Source: an uncultured Bacteroidales bacterium
GTDB lineage: Bacteria > Bacteroidota > Bacteroidia > Bacteroidales > VadinHA17
Direction of reading: 5' to 3'
NCBI GenBank assembly: GCA_963737255.1
Contig: CAVTSB010000001.1
Span: 386,254-450,253, forward strand
DNA length: 64,000 bases
The translations under genes were made by a program, and so were the position numbers. This document shows positions 49,277-58,437 of the stretch, one piece after another; positions within the stretch are counted from its first letter, which is position 1, and the number at the start of each line of letters is the position of its first letter. Under the pieces are notes generated by a model, which saw only the letters and a program-made list of their open reading frames with translations, was not told where the DNA came from and ran no database searches.

Positions 49277-50659
49277 GTGCGGGAGGGACATGTTAATACA
49301 TCCAGCTTATCGTCGAGAATAAACATCATATTCCGGTCACTTGGCTACAGGAATTACCGCCTCTTTTTTTCGGGACAAAGCATTTCTCTGATAGGCACAT
49401 GGATGCAGCGTATCGCACTTCCCTGGCTCGTTTATGATATAACAGGATCTGCATTCCTTCTTGGCATTGTTAGTTTTGCAGGCCAGATTCCCACTTTTCT
49501 GCTGGCCCCTTTTGCAGGTGTTATAACCGACAAGTTCAGCAAATACAGGGTTCTCCTTACAACCCAGATCCTGTCGCTGGTTCAGGCATCGCTTCTTGCC
49601 GTGCTTTCGCTTACGGGAGCAATTGAGATATGGCAGATAGTAGCCCTGAGCATTTTACTGGGTTGTATCAATGCCTTTGATGTCCCGTCGAGGCATTCAT
49701 TTGTAATTGAAATGGTGGAGAAGAAGGAGGACTTCGGGAATGCGATTGCCCTGAACTCAATGATGTTCAACGGAGCACGGCTGGTAGGTCCGTCAGTTGC
49801 AGGGCTTCTCCTGGCAGCGACAGGAGAGGGGGTATGTTTTCTCATAAATGCCATCAGTTATATATTCGTTATCAGTTCCCTTCTGTTGATGAAATTAAAG
49901 GATAATGATGAGAAGAAAAAACCGGGGAATATGTTCCGGGAAATGAAGGAAGGATTTAACTATACTTTTGGGTTTCCACCGATCAAACACCTGATCCTCT
50001 TACTGGGGATAGTGAGCCTGATGGGTTCATCTTATCAGGTTCTGATGCCAGTTTTTGCAAATGAGGTCCTGCACGGGACTTCGCGCACCTTCGGATTCCT
50101 GATGGGTGCGGCCGGTGCGGGCGCCTTGATCGGTGCACTCTTTCTGGCGTCGCGCGAATCGGTAATCAGACTCGGCAGGCTGATACCCATTGCTGCGGCA
50201 TTATTCGGTGCAGGACTTGTTTTTCTTTCATTTACGCGCTTTATTCCTGTTTCACTAATACTTATGGTAGTCACCGGAGTTGGGATGATGCTCCATACAG
50301 CGTCAAGCAATACGATCATCCAGACGATTACCGACGATGACAAACGGGGCAGGGTTATGAGCTTCTATACAATGGCTATTATGGGGACGGCTCCTTTCGG
50401 GAGCCTTTTGGCCGGCAGCCTGGCCAGGATGATCGGCACTCCCCTGACGATTATGACGGGAGGGATATGCTGCATGGCAGGAGCATTTTTCTTTTACAAG
50501 AGACTTCCCGAACTAAAAAAGATCGTCCGTCCGGTTTATATAAAGATGGGACTCATACCCGAAGTAATTTCCGGGATCCAGACAGCTTCCGAACCTGTCG
50601 TCAGCCACTCGGATATACCTGAATACCAATCATATGTGGAATCCGACCTCAAAGGTTGA
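49277..50659 (+). CDS. MFS transporter (EntS/MFS_3-like)
   Basis: RNYRLFFSGQ.ISL.GTWMQ, AGVITDK, FDVPSR, NAIALNS..FNGARL.GP and RGRVMSFY. About 12 TM segments. Confidence 0.93.
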   Translation: MREGHVNTSSLSSRINIIFRSLGYRNYRLFFSGQSISLIGTWMQRIALPWLVYDITGSAFLLGIVSFAGQIPTFLLAPFAGVITDKFSKYRVLLTTQILSLVQASLLAVLSLTGAIEIWQIVALSILLGCINAFDVPSRHSFVIEMVEKKEDFGNAIALNSMMFNGARLVGPSVAGLLLAATGEGVCFLINAISYIFVISSLLLMKLKDNDEKKKPGNMFREMKEGFNYTFGFPPIKHLILLLGIVSLMGSSYQVLMPVFANEVLHGTSRTFGFLMGAAGAGALIGALFLASRESVIRLGRLIPIAAALFGAGLVFLSFTRFIPVSLILMVVTGVGMMLHTASSNTIIQTITDDDKRGRVMSFYTMAIMGTAPFGSLLAGSLARMIGTPLTIMTGGICCMAGAFFFYKRLPELKKIVRPVYIKMGLIPEVISGIQTASEPVVSHSDIPEYQSYVESDLKG

Positions 50660-50852
50660 GAACATCAGGTGCAACATAATCAGATATTTTACGTTAAAAT
50701 TATTGCAATACTGTGTGTAATGTCTGATTTAAATAAAAGGAATAAACCGGCTCGAATCAGGATTTTACGATGTAACCAGTTTTACCAGCTGACGCTTATG
50801 CGAAGGCTGGCAACCAGCAACGATTTTAAAATAAACTAAAACTATTTGAAGT

Positions 50853-51722
50853 ATGAGGTATCTTAAAGCACTATTTTTTATCCTGCTTATGAGTTTAACA
50901 CCGGCCTGCACCAAGGATGACAACAATGATAACAACCCGGGAAACGGCGAAGGAATAATCATTGACCATCTGACAATGAAACTTGCTTCCATCCCTTCGG
51001 AATGGATAGAATCGGCAATAGCTGAACTTCATATAGCTTACAGCCACACTTCACACGGCAGCCAGCTGACAAGTGGCATGTCGGGCCTGGCATCAATAAA
51101 AGGCACCGGCTGGTCGTGGAACAACGGCGGTACAGGAGGCTCTCTCGACCTTCACGATTATGCGATTGAGGGTGATCTTGGGAGTCCTGACCGGACAACC
51201 TGGGCTTCCAGGACAAGGACCTACCTTGCATCAAATCCCAATGTGAATGTGGTTATGTGGTCCTGGTGCGGACAGGTTTCGAGTGCTACAGAGGCTAATA
51301 TAAACACTTACCTTGAACTGATGTCCGACCTTGAAACTGATTTCCCCGGGATACAGTTTGTTTATATGACGGGACATCTCGATGGGACAGGCTTAACAGG
51401 CAATCTGCACCTTAGGAACGAACAGATAAGGAATTACTGCCGACAAAACAAAAAGATACTTTACGATTTTGCAGATATCGAATGCTACAATCCCGATGGT
51501 ATATACTTCGGCAACAAAATACCCACTGACGGATGTGCATATGATACCAATGGTGATGGTTCTCGCGACGGAAACTGGGCAATTGAATGGCAAAACACCC
51601 ACGCCCAGGGGACCGACTGGTTCAACTGCAATGCCGCGCATACCGAGCCCCTGAATGCAAACCAGAAAGCCTTCGCTGCCTGGTGGCTATGGGCCAGGCT
51701 GGCCGGCTGGGACGGGGAATAG
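50853..51722 (+). CDS. Hypothetical lipoprotein (possible SGNH-like hydrolase fold)
   Basis: Lipobox-like LTPA|C followed by TKDD. Motifs YSHTSHGSQ, VMWSWCG, YMTGH, LYDFADIE and C-terminal AAHT. Confidence 0.75.
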   Translation: MRYLKALFFILLMSLTPACTKDDNNDNNPGNGEGIIIDHLTMKLASIPSEWIESAIAELHIAYSHTSHGSQLTSGMSGLASIKGTGWSWNNGGTGGSLDLHDYAIEGDLGSPDRTTWASRTRTYLASNPNVNVVMWSWCGQVSSATEANINTYLELMSDLETDFPGIQFVYMTGHLDGTGLTGNLHLRNEQIRNYCRQNKKILYDFADIECYNPDGIYFGNKIPTDGCAYDTNGDGSRDGNWAIEWQNTHAQGTDWFNCNAAHTEPLNANQKAFAAWWLWARLAGWDGE

Positions 51723-51725
51723 ACT

Positions 51726-53939
51726 CTATTCACTTATTTCATACACAACGCTCGTCAGAGGCTGTGCGGATCCGACATTAAGACCGGCCTTCATCAGGTA
51801 ATCTCCGGTGTAGGTTCTGCCGCTTTCTGACATCATCGGACGCCGTCCTTCGTTTGACACGTTTATCTCCTGCACCTTGTATGTTCTGGCAGGGTCGAGT
51901 CCCTGGAGCTTCACACGATTAAATGATTCGCCGTATCCTGAGTTAAGTGTGTAACCGAAAAGGAGTGCTTTGCTTTTTGAATCGTTCACATACATCAGCA
52001 CCGCCCTGTTCTCATCATAAGGTGAGACAAGCCTGAAAAGATCGCCATGCCAGATCACATCACTAAGCCTCTTATAACTGGCAACCGCATTCTGGCTGAA
52101 TTTCAATTCATTTTCCGTCATGCCGCTAACCTCAATATCATAACCCATTTTCCCCATCATGGCAACATCGGTCCTGAATTTAAGCGATTGTTTGCCCCAT
52201 GAGGTTACATGGTTGCAGACTGAAATGGCAGGGAAAAAATATGAGTAACCCCATTGCATATATATCCTTTCCACAGGATCGGTATTATCGCTGGCCCAGA
52301 ACTCAGTAAAATATCTCAGGGCACCGTAATCAACCCTCCCGCCTCCGCCCGAGCAAAGCATTACAGGAAGCCTGGGGTATTTCTGCCGCAATTTGTCAAG
52401 GACCCCATAGAGGCAGTTAACATAATCGATATATAAATGTGATTGCCTGTCTTTCAGATAAACGGAATAGGCGTTGGTCATCATCCTGTTGCAATCCCAT
52501 TTGATAAAGGCGATCCCCGGATTGGCAGTCAGCATTCCGTCGACGATATTGTAGACGAACTCCTGGACCTTCGGATTTGTAAGGTCAAGCACGAGCTGGT
52601 TTCTATAATAGTGCTCTGGCCTGTTCGGAAGCTTCAGTATCCAGTCGGGGTGGGTTTCATAGAGTTCGCTTTTCGGATTCACCATCTCGGGTTCTATCCA
52701 AATGCCGAATTTTACGCCCCTGGCATCAGCTTCCTTTACAAGATAGCCCAGACCGTTGGGCAGCTTTGCCCTGTTCTCCTGCCAGTCACCCAGCCCGGCC
52801 CGGTCGTTGCTTCTTGGATATTTGTTTGCAAACCAGCCATCGTCGAGCAGAAACAGATCGAGCCCCATCTTTTTGGTTTCATCAAGGATCCCTGTCAGCT
52901 TTTTTTCATCGAAATTGAAACCGGTCGACTCCCAGTTGTTAAGGAGTGTAAGCCTTGAACCGGTGCCGTCAAGCACTCCGTATTTCCTTGCCCAGAGGTG
53001 GAGGTTACGGCTTGCCTGGCCTTTCCCGGCTGCTGACCAGGTATAGATCATTGATGGGGTTTTAAATACTCTTCCGGGCTCAAGCGAATACTCCGATGCA
53101 AAAGGATTGATTCCCGAGATCACCCTGAGTGACCCTTTTTCATCAATTTCAAACAGAAACCTGAAGTTGCCTGACCATCCGAGTGTGCCAGCAATAACTT
53201 CTCCCTTGTTTTCGTCCGATTTTTCATTCAGCGACAGCAGAAATACCGGTGTCTGGTACATATGTGCCCTAGTACCCAGCTTTGAATCGAGTATCCTGAT
53301 GCCGGGAGTAAGCTCACTCTCCTTTATCTTCATCTCTTCCGCCCAATCGCCATGGAACTGTGTCAACCAGTATCTTTCCGCATCGAAATGGACCATGGAG
53401 GAGGCATAATTAAAAATTGTTACTGGCTTTTTTTCATCATGCCTGATTTCAGCCCATTGTTCGATTACATCTTCATTATAATAGGTTTTGAAGTTAAGTG
53501 TAACCTCAAACGGGTATACCGGATCCCTGAGCAGTATTTTGCTCAGGGTAACATTACTTTTTCCGTCACTCGTTTCAATAAACTGATCAACAAATTTCAA
53601 TTCAAGCGAAGGATTTCCGTCATTATGGGTAGCACGAACAGCAGGTTCAAAAAGGTTGTCGGTGCCGAATGTAGCATATACAAGGTGACCTGCATCCCTC
53701 GTCTGCATTAATTGATCGGTATTCTCAAGCCTGCTGCCGAAGTATGCCTGGTAAAGCCTTCCGTCCCTTGCGCTGACCCTGAAAACAAGGCTTATATTCT
53801 TAGTTCCGAATTCTATAATCCGGTCCTGTGCCTGTTGCGCTCCCGGTCTTCCCCCGGAGGGAGGTCCCTGCGGATCCTGGGAGGGTGAAACCTGATTTAA
53901 AGTAAAAAGAGTAATGATCAACAAGATAAGCTTCTTCAT
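51726..53939 (-). CDS. Alpha-galactosidase, glycoside hydrolase family 36
   Basis: LLNNWE, LDDGWF, FGIWIEPE, IKWDCNR, CSGGGGR and WASDNTD. Signal peptide. Confidence 0.95.
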   Translation of the reverse strand: MKKLILLIITLFTLNQVSPSQDPQGPPSGGRPGAQQAQDRIIEFGTKNISLVFRVSARDGRLYQAYFGSRLENTDQLMQTRDAGHLVYATFGTDNLFEPAVRATHNDGNPSLELKFVDQFIETSDGKSNVTLSKILLRDPVYPFEVTLNFKTYYNEDVIEQWAEIRHDEKKPVTIFNYASSMVHFDAERYWLTQFHGDWAEEMKIKESELTPGIRILDSKLGTRAHMYQTPVFLLSLNEKSDENKGEVIAGTLGWSGNFRFLFEIDEKGSLRVISGINPFASEYSLEPGRVFKTPSMIYTWSAAGKGQASRNLHLWARKYGVLDGTGSRLTLLNNWESTGFNFDEKKLTGILDETKKMGLDLFLLDDGWFANKYPRSNDRAGLGDWQENRAKLPNGLGYLVKEADARGVKFGIWIEPEMVNPKSELYETHPDWILKLPNRPEHYYRNQLVLDLTNPKVQEFVYNIVDGMLTANPGIAFIKWDCNRMMTNAYSVYLKDRQSHLYIDYVNCLYGVLDKLRQKYPRLPVMLCSGGGGRVDYGALRYFTEFWASDNTDPVERIYMQWGYSYFFPAISVCNHVTSWGKQSLKFRTDVAMMGKMGYDIEVSGMTENELKFSQNAVASYKRLSDVIWHGDLFRLVSPYDENRAVLMYVNDSKSKALLFGYTLNSGYGESFNRVKLQGLDPARTYKVQEINVSNEGRRPMMSESGRTYTGDYLMKAGLNVGSAQPLTSVVYEISE

Positions 53940-54147
53940 AGCGTTATATATAATTAATGGTAAAAATCCGCCGGAGTAGTTCAGGCCATAAAGATATTAC
54001 TCCAATCTGAAACATAAAAATAATTCAGGTCCAGGAAATACAGGCAGGCTTTTATCTTTAAAAAGCAAATGCTATTTTGTAATGGTTATTCTTAAGTTAT
54101 TCTCTTATTTTTGGGGAAATTTTTATTTCCCTAAACCTTCAACAATA

Positions 54148-56817
54148 ATGATCAGGAAAAACTTAAATCTCTGGATCCGGTTTGCCATTATCCTTTTCAT
54201 CCTGCTTCCGGTTAATTATCTGTCCATTTCCGCTTTTTGCCAGCAGGATACATTGCAGAAGCAGACTTCTGCCTTCAGACAGCCTGAATATACGACAACC
54301 CGTCTTGTGACACCAAAACCTGTGATTGACGGGAAACTTGATGACGAGTGCTGGAAGCAAGGGAACTGGGCCGGTGATTACCATCAATTTATACCCAACG
54401 AGGGTGCGAAACCAACGTATCCCACTGAAATGAATCTCCAGTATGATGATAAGAACATCTATATAGCTTTCCGTGCATTTGATCCCGAGCCGGGCAAGGT
54501 ACACAGATATGCCGGTTTAAGGGATGAGATTGTGGGCGATATGGTCGGTGTGAACTTCGACAGCTATCGTGATTACAGGACCGGATTTGAATTCACAATA
54601 ACAGCATGGGGACAAAAGGTTGACCTGGTTTTGTTCAATCCAAGTGACTGGGATTTTAACTGGAATGCAGTTTGGAAAGGAAAGGTGGGGCTTGAGGATT
54701 CTGCCTGGGTGGCCGAGATGGAGATCCCGTTAAACCAGTTGCGTTACAGCAAGGAGGATGAGCAGGTATGGGGCATGCACACCTGGAGATGGATAGACAG
54801 GTACCAGGAAGAAAGCAACTGGGAACGTCAGTCCAAAATCGGTCCGGGTATGCTTTATAACTACGGGGAGTTCAAGGGGATCAGGGGACTGAAAAAATCA
54901 CACAGGCTCGAGATCATGCCATTCGTTCTTGGTGATCTGAAAACAATTGAAGAGGTGCCGGGGGATCCCTATACAAAAAACGGAAGGATTTGGGGAGGAA
55001 ACCTTGGTCTGGATGCCAAGATAGGAGTATCAAGCAACTTTACGGTGGATCTTACGGTAAATCCCGATTTCGGACAGGTTGAATCGGACCCGTCAGTTAT
55101 GAATTTAACGGCATTTGAGACTTTCTACGAGGAAAAGCGGCCCTTCTTCCTTGAGGGGCTGACAATATTCGATTACAAATTCGGGCAGGAAAAGCTTTTC
55201 TATTCCAGGCGGATAGGGCATCAACCCTCTCTCGGCATCAACCCGGGGCCCGGAAATTATGTGAAATCACCCGATAAGACGACCATCATGAGTGCGGCAA
55301 AATTCAGCGGAACAACTTCAAAGGGTTTGTCGGTTGGATTGATACAGAGTGTGACAGCAAATGAGTTTGCCAGGATAACCGGTCCGGAAGGAGACGAAAC
55401 GAAACAATTAGTCGAGCCTCTTACCAACTACCTGGTTGCCCGTGTTCAGAAGGGATACAAGGCAGGAAATACAATGATAGGGGGAATGTTCACTTCAACA
55501 AACCGTTTCATTGAAAACGATGAGCTTGAGTTTCTCAGCAATAATGCATATACGGGAGGGATCGATCTGTTGCATCACTGGAACAATAAGGAGTTCTTTG
55601 TTGATGCAAAATTCGTCGGGAGTTATGTTGACGGCAGCCAGGAATCGATCAGATTGCTTCAGGAATCATCTGCCAGGTATTACCAGCGGCCCGGCGCCGA
55701 TTACCTCAACTACGATATTTCAAAAACCAGCCTGAGCGGTCTCGGAGGCAATATAAAGGTCGGAAAGGGTTCCGGGGGGCATTGGAGATATTCGACGGCT
55801 CTTTCATTTCTTACACCGGGTCTGGAGCTTAATGATATGGGATACCTGAGGACAGCTGATGAAATTGAAAATACCAATGAGATTTCATATCTGATTACGA
55901 AGCCTGTTTCAATCTTCAGGGCTTTCTATTTCGGTTTCGAACAAAGGAATTCCTGGAATTTCAATGGCACCTACCTTGGATCGGACGGAGAGGTGGCCTT
56001 GTCAACGGAGTTTAAGAACCAATGGAGTTTTTCAACTCAGGTTGCATACCACTCAAAAGACATTGACACGAAGATATTACGGGGTGGTTTTGATATGATG
56101 ATGCCGGCAAGCATGAATTTTTCCGCCAGGCTTAAAACTGATGCGTCGAAAAAGACGATAGCGTCACTTGCATACATATACCAGAAAGCCGGAAATAATT
56201 CTGCATCGTCATTTGCAATTGAGCCGGCGGTTTCAATCCGCCCGTTCAGCATGCTCAAAGTAGATGTAACTGCAACATATGAAAAGAACAAGGATGAACT
56301 TCAGTATGTTGATACAAAGGTTCTTACAGAACCTGGCAGACGGTATATCCTGGGCACTATCAACCAGGAAACTCTTGGCCTGACATTCAGGGCTGACCTT
56401 AATCTGACGCCGGAATTCTCCGTTCAATATTACGGGAGCCCTTTCATTTCGAAGGGAAGTTATTCGGAACTGAAGAGGGTGACAAATCCGGAAGCTTCGG
56501 TTTACAGCGACAGGTTCGAACTCTTTGATGACCCTCAGCTAGTTGATGGTCAATATCAGCTGTATGATCAGGACGGTGAATTTCCGGAATACTACACTGT
56601 CAGCAATCCGGATTTCAATTTCCACCAGTTCCGTTCCAACTTTGTTGCAAAATGGGAATACCGCCTCGGATCATTCATCTATTTTGTATGGTCGAGCGAC
56701 CGGACGGGAAGCAATCCTGACTCGGGTTCCTCTTTCGGTGAATCATACCGTTTTTTGGGAGATGCGTTTCCTGAAAATATCTTTCTTGTTAAACTAAACT
56801 ACTGGTTTTCATTGTGA
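54148..56817 (+). CDS. CBM9-like domain plus DUF5916-like outer-membrane protein
   Basis: Signal peptide, PVIDGKLDD..W, W.AEMEIP..QLRY, DLTVNPDFGQVESD, EKRPFFLEG and FYSRRIG. C-terminus VKLNYWFSL is typical of a barrel end. Start placed at MIRKN. Confidence 0.85.
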   Translation: MIRKNLNLWIRFAIILFILLPVNYLSISAFCQQDTLQKQTSAFRQPEYTTTRLVTPKPVIDGKLDDECWKQGNWAGDYHQFIPNEGAKPTYPTEMNLQYDDKNIYIAFRAFDPEPGKVHRYAGLRDEIVGDMVGVNFDSYRDYRTGFEFTITAWGQKVDLVLFNPSDWDFNWNAVWKGKVGLEDSAWVAEMEIPLNQLRYSKEDEQVWGMHTWRWIDRYQEESNWERQSKIGPGMLYNYGEFKGIRGLKKSHRLEIMPFVLGDLKTIEEVPGDPYTKNGRIWGGNLGLDAKIGVSSNFTVDLTVNPDFGQVESDPSVMNLTAFETFYEEKRPFFLEGLTIFDYKFGQEKLFYSRRIGHQPSLGINPGPGNYVKSPDKTTIMSAAKFSGTTSKGLSVGLIQSVTANEFARITGPEGDETKQLVEPLTNYLVARVQKGYKAGNTMIGGMFTSTNRFIENDELEFLSNNAYTGGIDLLHHWNNKEFFVDAKFVGSYVDGSQESIRLLQESSARYYQRPGADYLNYDISKTSLSGLGGNIKVGKGSGGHWRYSTALSFLTPGLELNDMGYLRTADEIENTNEISYLITKPVSIFRAFYFGFEQRNSWNFNGTYLGSDGEVALSTEFKNQWSFSTQVAYHSKDIDTKILRGGFDMMMPASMNFSARLKTDASKKTIASLAYIYQKAGNNSASSFAIEPAVSIRPFSMLKVDVTATYEKNKDELQYVDTKVLTEPGRRYILGTINQETLGLTFRADLNLTPEFSVQYYGSPFISKGSYSELKRVTNPEASVYSDRFELFDDPQLVDGQYQLYDQDGEFPEYYTVSNPDFNFHQFRSNFVAKWEYRLGSFIYFVWSSDRTGSNPDSGSSFGESYRFLGDAFPENIFLVKLNYWFSL

Positions 56818-56996
56818 CCGCAAAAAGTTAATCATATAAAACCGTAATGTTCATCTTTGAAATGGTTCAGGTTATCAAAATAATGGTCTTTTTCTTTGGT
56901 GGGATGATAAAATTCCCCAATTTTGAGAGATTGATTTGAACCCTGGCCTGAAAAGATCTTGTTTGAATTACATTCGTTACCGTAGAAGTTCAGATA

Positions 56997-57356
56997 ATGA
57001 AAATACTCATTTGTGAAGATAATCCGATGGCACTGAAGACTCTTGCGGTTGTTCTTGAACGGGAGGGGTATGAGGCGGACACAGCGGAAGACGGGAATAT
57101 TGCTCTGGAATCGCTTAAAAAGAATGATTATGATCTTCTGGTTATGGATATACATCTTCCATACAGGAGCGGACTTGAGCTGGTTAAATATGTCAGGTCC
57201 GACCAGGGTAAAGATACTCCTGCTCTCATACTGACAGCATTCAGCGATCCACAGATGCAGCGTCAGGCTGGTGAATTGGGGATCAGCGGTTATATTGTAA
57301 AACCATTTAATCCTGCAGAGCTGATTGCAAGGATCAAATCAATTCTCAACAAGTAA
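56997..57356 (+). CDS. Stand-alone response regulator receiver (CheY-like)
   Basis: ILICEDN, phosphoacceptor MDIHLP, LTA and KPF. 119 aa with no output domain. Confidence 0.95.
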   Translation: MKILICEDNPMALKTLAVVLEREGYEADTAEDGNIALESLKKNDYDLLVMDIHLPYRSGLELVKYVRSDQGKDTPALILTAFSDPQMQRQAGELGISGYIVKPFNPAELIARIKSILNK

Positions 57357-57357
57357 C

Positions 57358-58437
57358 ATGGGCAGACCGTTAATAATTTTGTTTGTTGGGCTTTTCATAA
57401 ACACCCTGTTGAATAACCCGCAGCTTTATTCACAGGAAAACTATAATCCCGAAACCGAATACCTAAGGATCAGAACAATGGCATTTGATGGGGATTATGC
57501 ATCTGCAGCCGCTGCCGCCCGCAAGCTTGTCAATGCCTATCCAACTTACGGTGATGCCCGCATCCTTCTCGGCAGGATCCTGGCCTGGCAGAAGGATTAC
57601 GAACAGGCCGCCGCGGTAATTGACACTCTTCTTATGACTGAACCTGATAATGCCGATGCTCTGTCGGCCAGAAAGGATATTTCACTTTGGTCAAAGGTAA
57701 ACACCCCAGTCGCCACTGATCTCAGAGCCGGGTATTATTTCGACACATTCTCCGAACCATATAATAGATTCTGGCAGGTTTTCAGCGCCGGGGCCGGACA
57801 CAGGTTCAAATGGGGACCGGCCGCTGCAGGAGTTAACATTGGAAACCTGCACATTAACGGCGATACAACCGTGACAGCTACCGAATATCAAATTGAAGCA
57901 GAGGCTTATCCGCGTCTTTCAAATAAGAATTACGCCTACCTGGCTTATGCCTACAGTCCCGGAACATACTTCCCGACGCACAGGGCCGCGGTTGAACTGT
58001 GGCAGGTATTGCCGGCCGGGTGGGCAGTTTCTGCAGGGTTGAATTATTATTATTTCGACAGGAATATTTTCATCGCACTGGCATCAGTTGAAAAATATTT
58101 TGGTAAGTACTGGCTTTCAGGCAAGTGCTATATTTATTTCAAGGATGATGGCCCGACAACTTCATTTTATTTCAATGCACGGCGTTATTTCAATGATATT
58201 GACTATCTTCAGTTAACACTGGGAACCGGTACCGCTCCTGATGAACCATTTGATATACAATCAGATATCATGCGCCTGAGTGCAAACAGCGTCAGGCTGA
58301 CCTATTATGGCAGGGTGTCACGCAGACTCTTTATCAGGGTAGGCGCAGGCTATTCCAGGGAGGAATATGAGGAATCGGTTCTCAGAAACAGGTTTGAAGG
58401 GAATCTTAACTTAATTTATGCTATCAAAATGAAGTGA
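57358..58437 (+). CDS. YaiO-family outer-membrane beta-barrel with N-terminal TPR
   Basis: Signal peptide. TPR-like AAARKLVNAYPTYGDARILLGRILAWQKDY..P.NADA. Barrel strands with EAEAYP, YAYLAY and FP.HR. C-terminal NLNLIY. Start placed at ATG 57358. Confidence 0.82.
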   Translation: MGRPLIILFVGLFINTLLNNPQLYSQENYNPETEYLRIRTMAFDGDYASAAAAARKLVNAYPTYGDARILLGRILAWQKDYEQAAAVIDTLLMTEPDNADALSARKDISLWSKVNTPVATDLRAGYYFDTFSEPYNRFWQVFSAGAGHRFKWGPAAAGVNIGNLHINGDTTVTATEYQIEAEAYPRLSNKNYAYLAYAYSPGTYFPTHRAAVELWQVLPAGWAVSAGLNYYYFDRNIFIALASVEKYFGKYWLSGKCYIYFKDDGPTTSFYFNARRYFNDIDYLQLTLGTGTAPDEPFDIQSDIMRLSANSVRLTYYGRVSRRLFIRVGAGYSREEYEESVLRNRFEGNLNLIYAIKMK

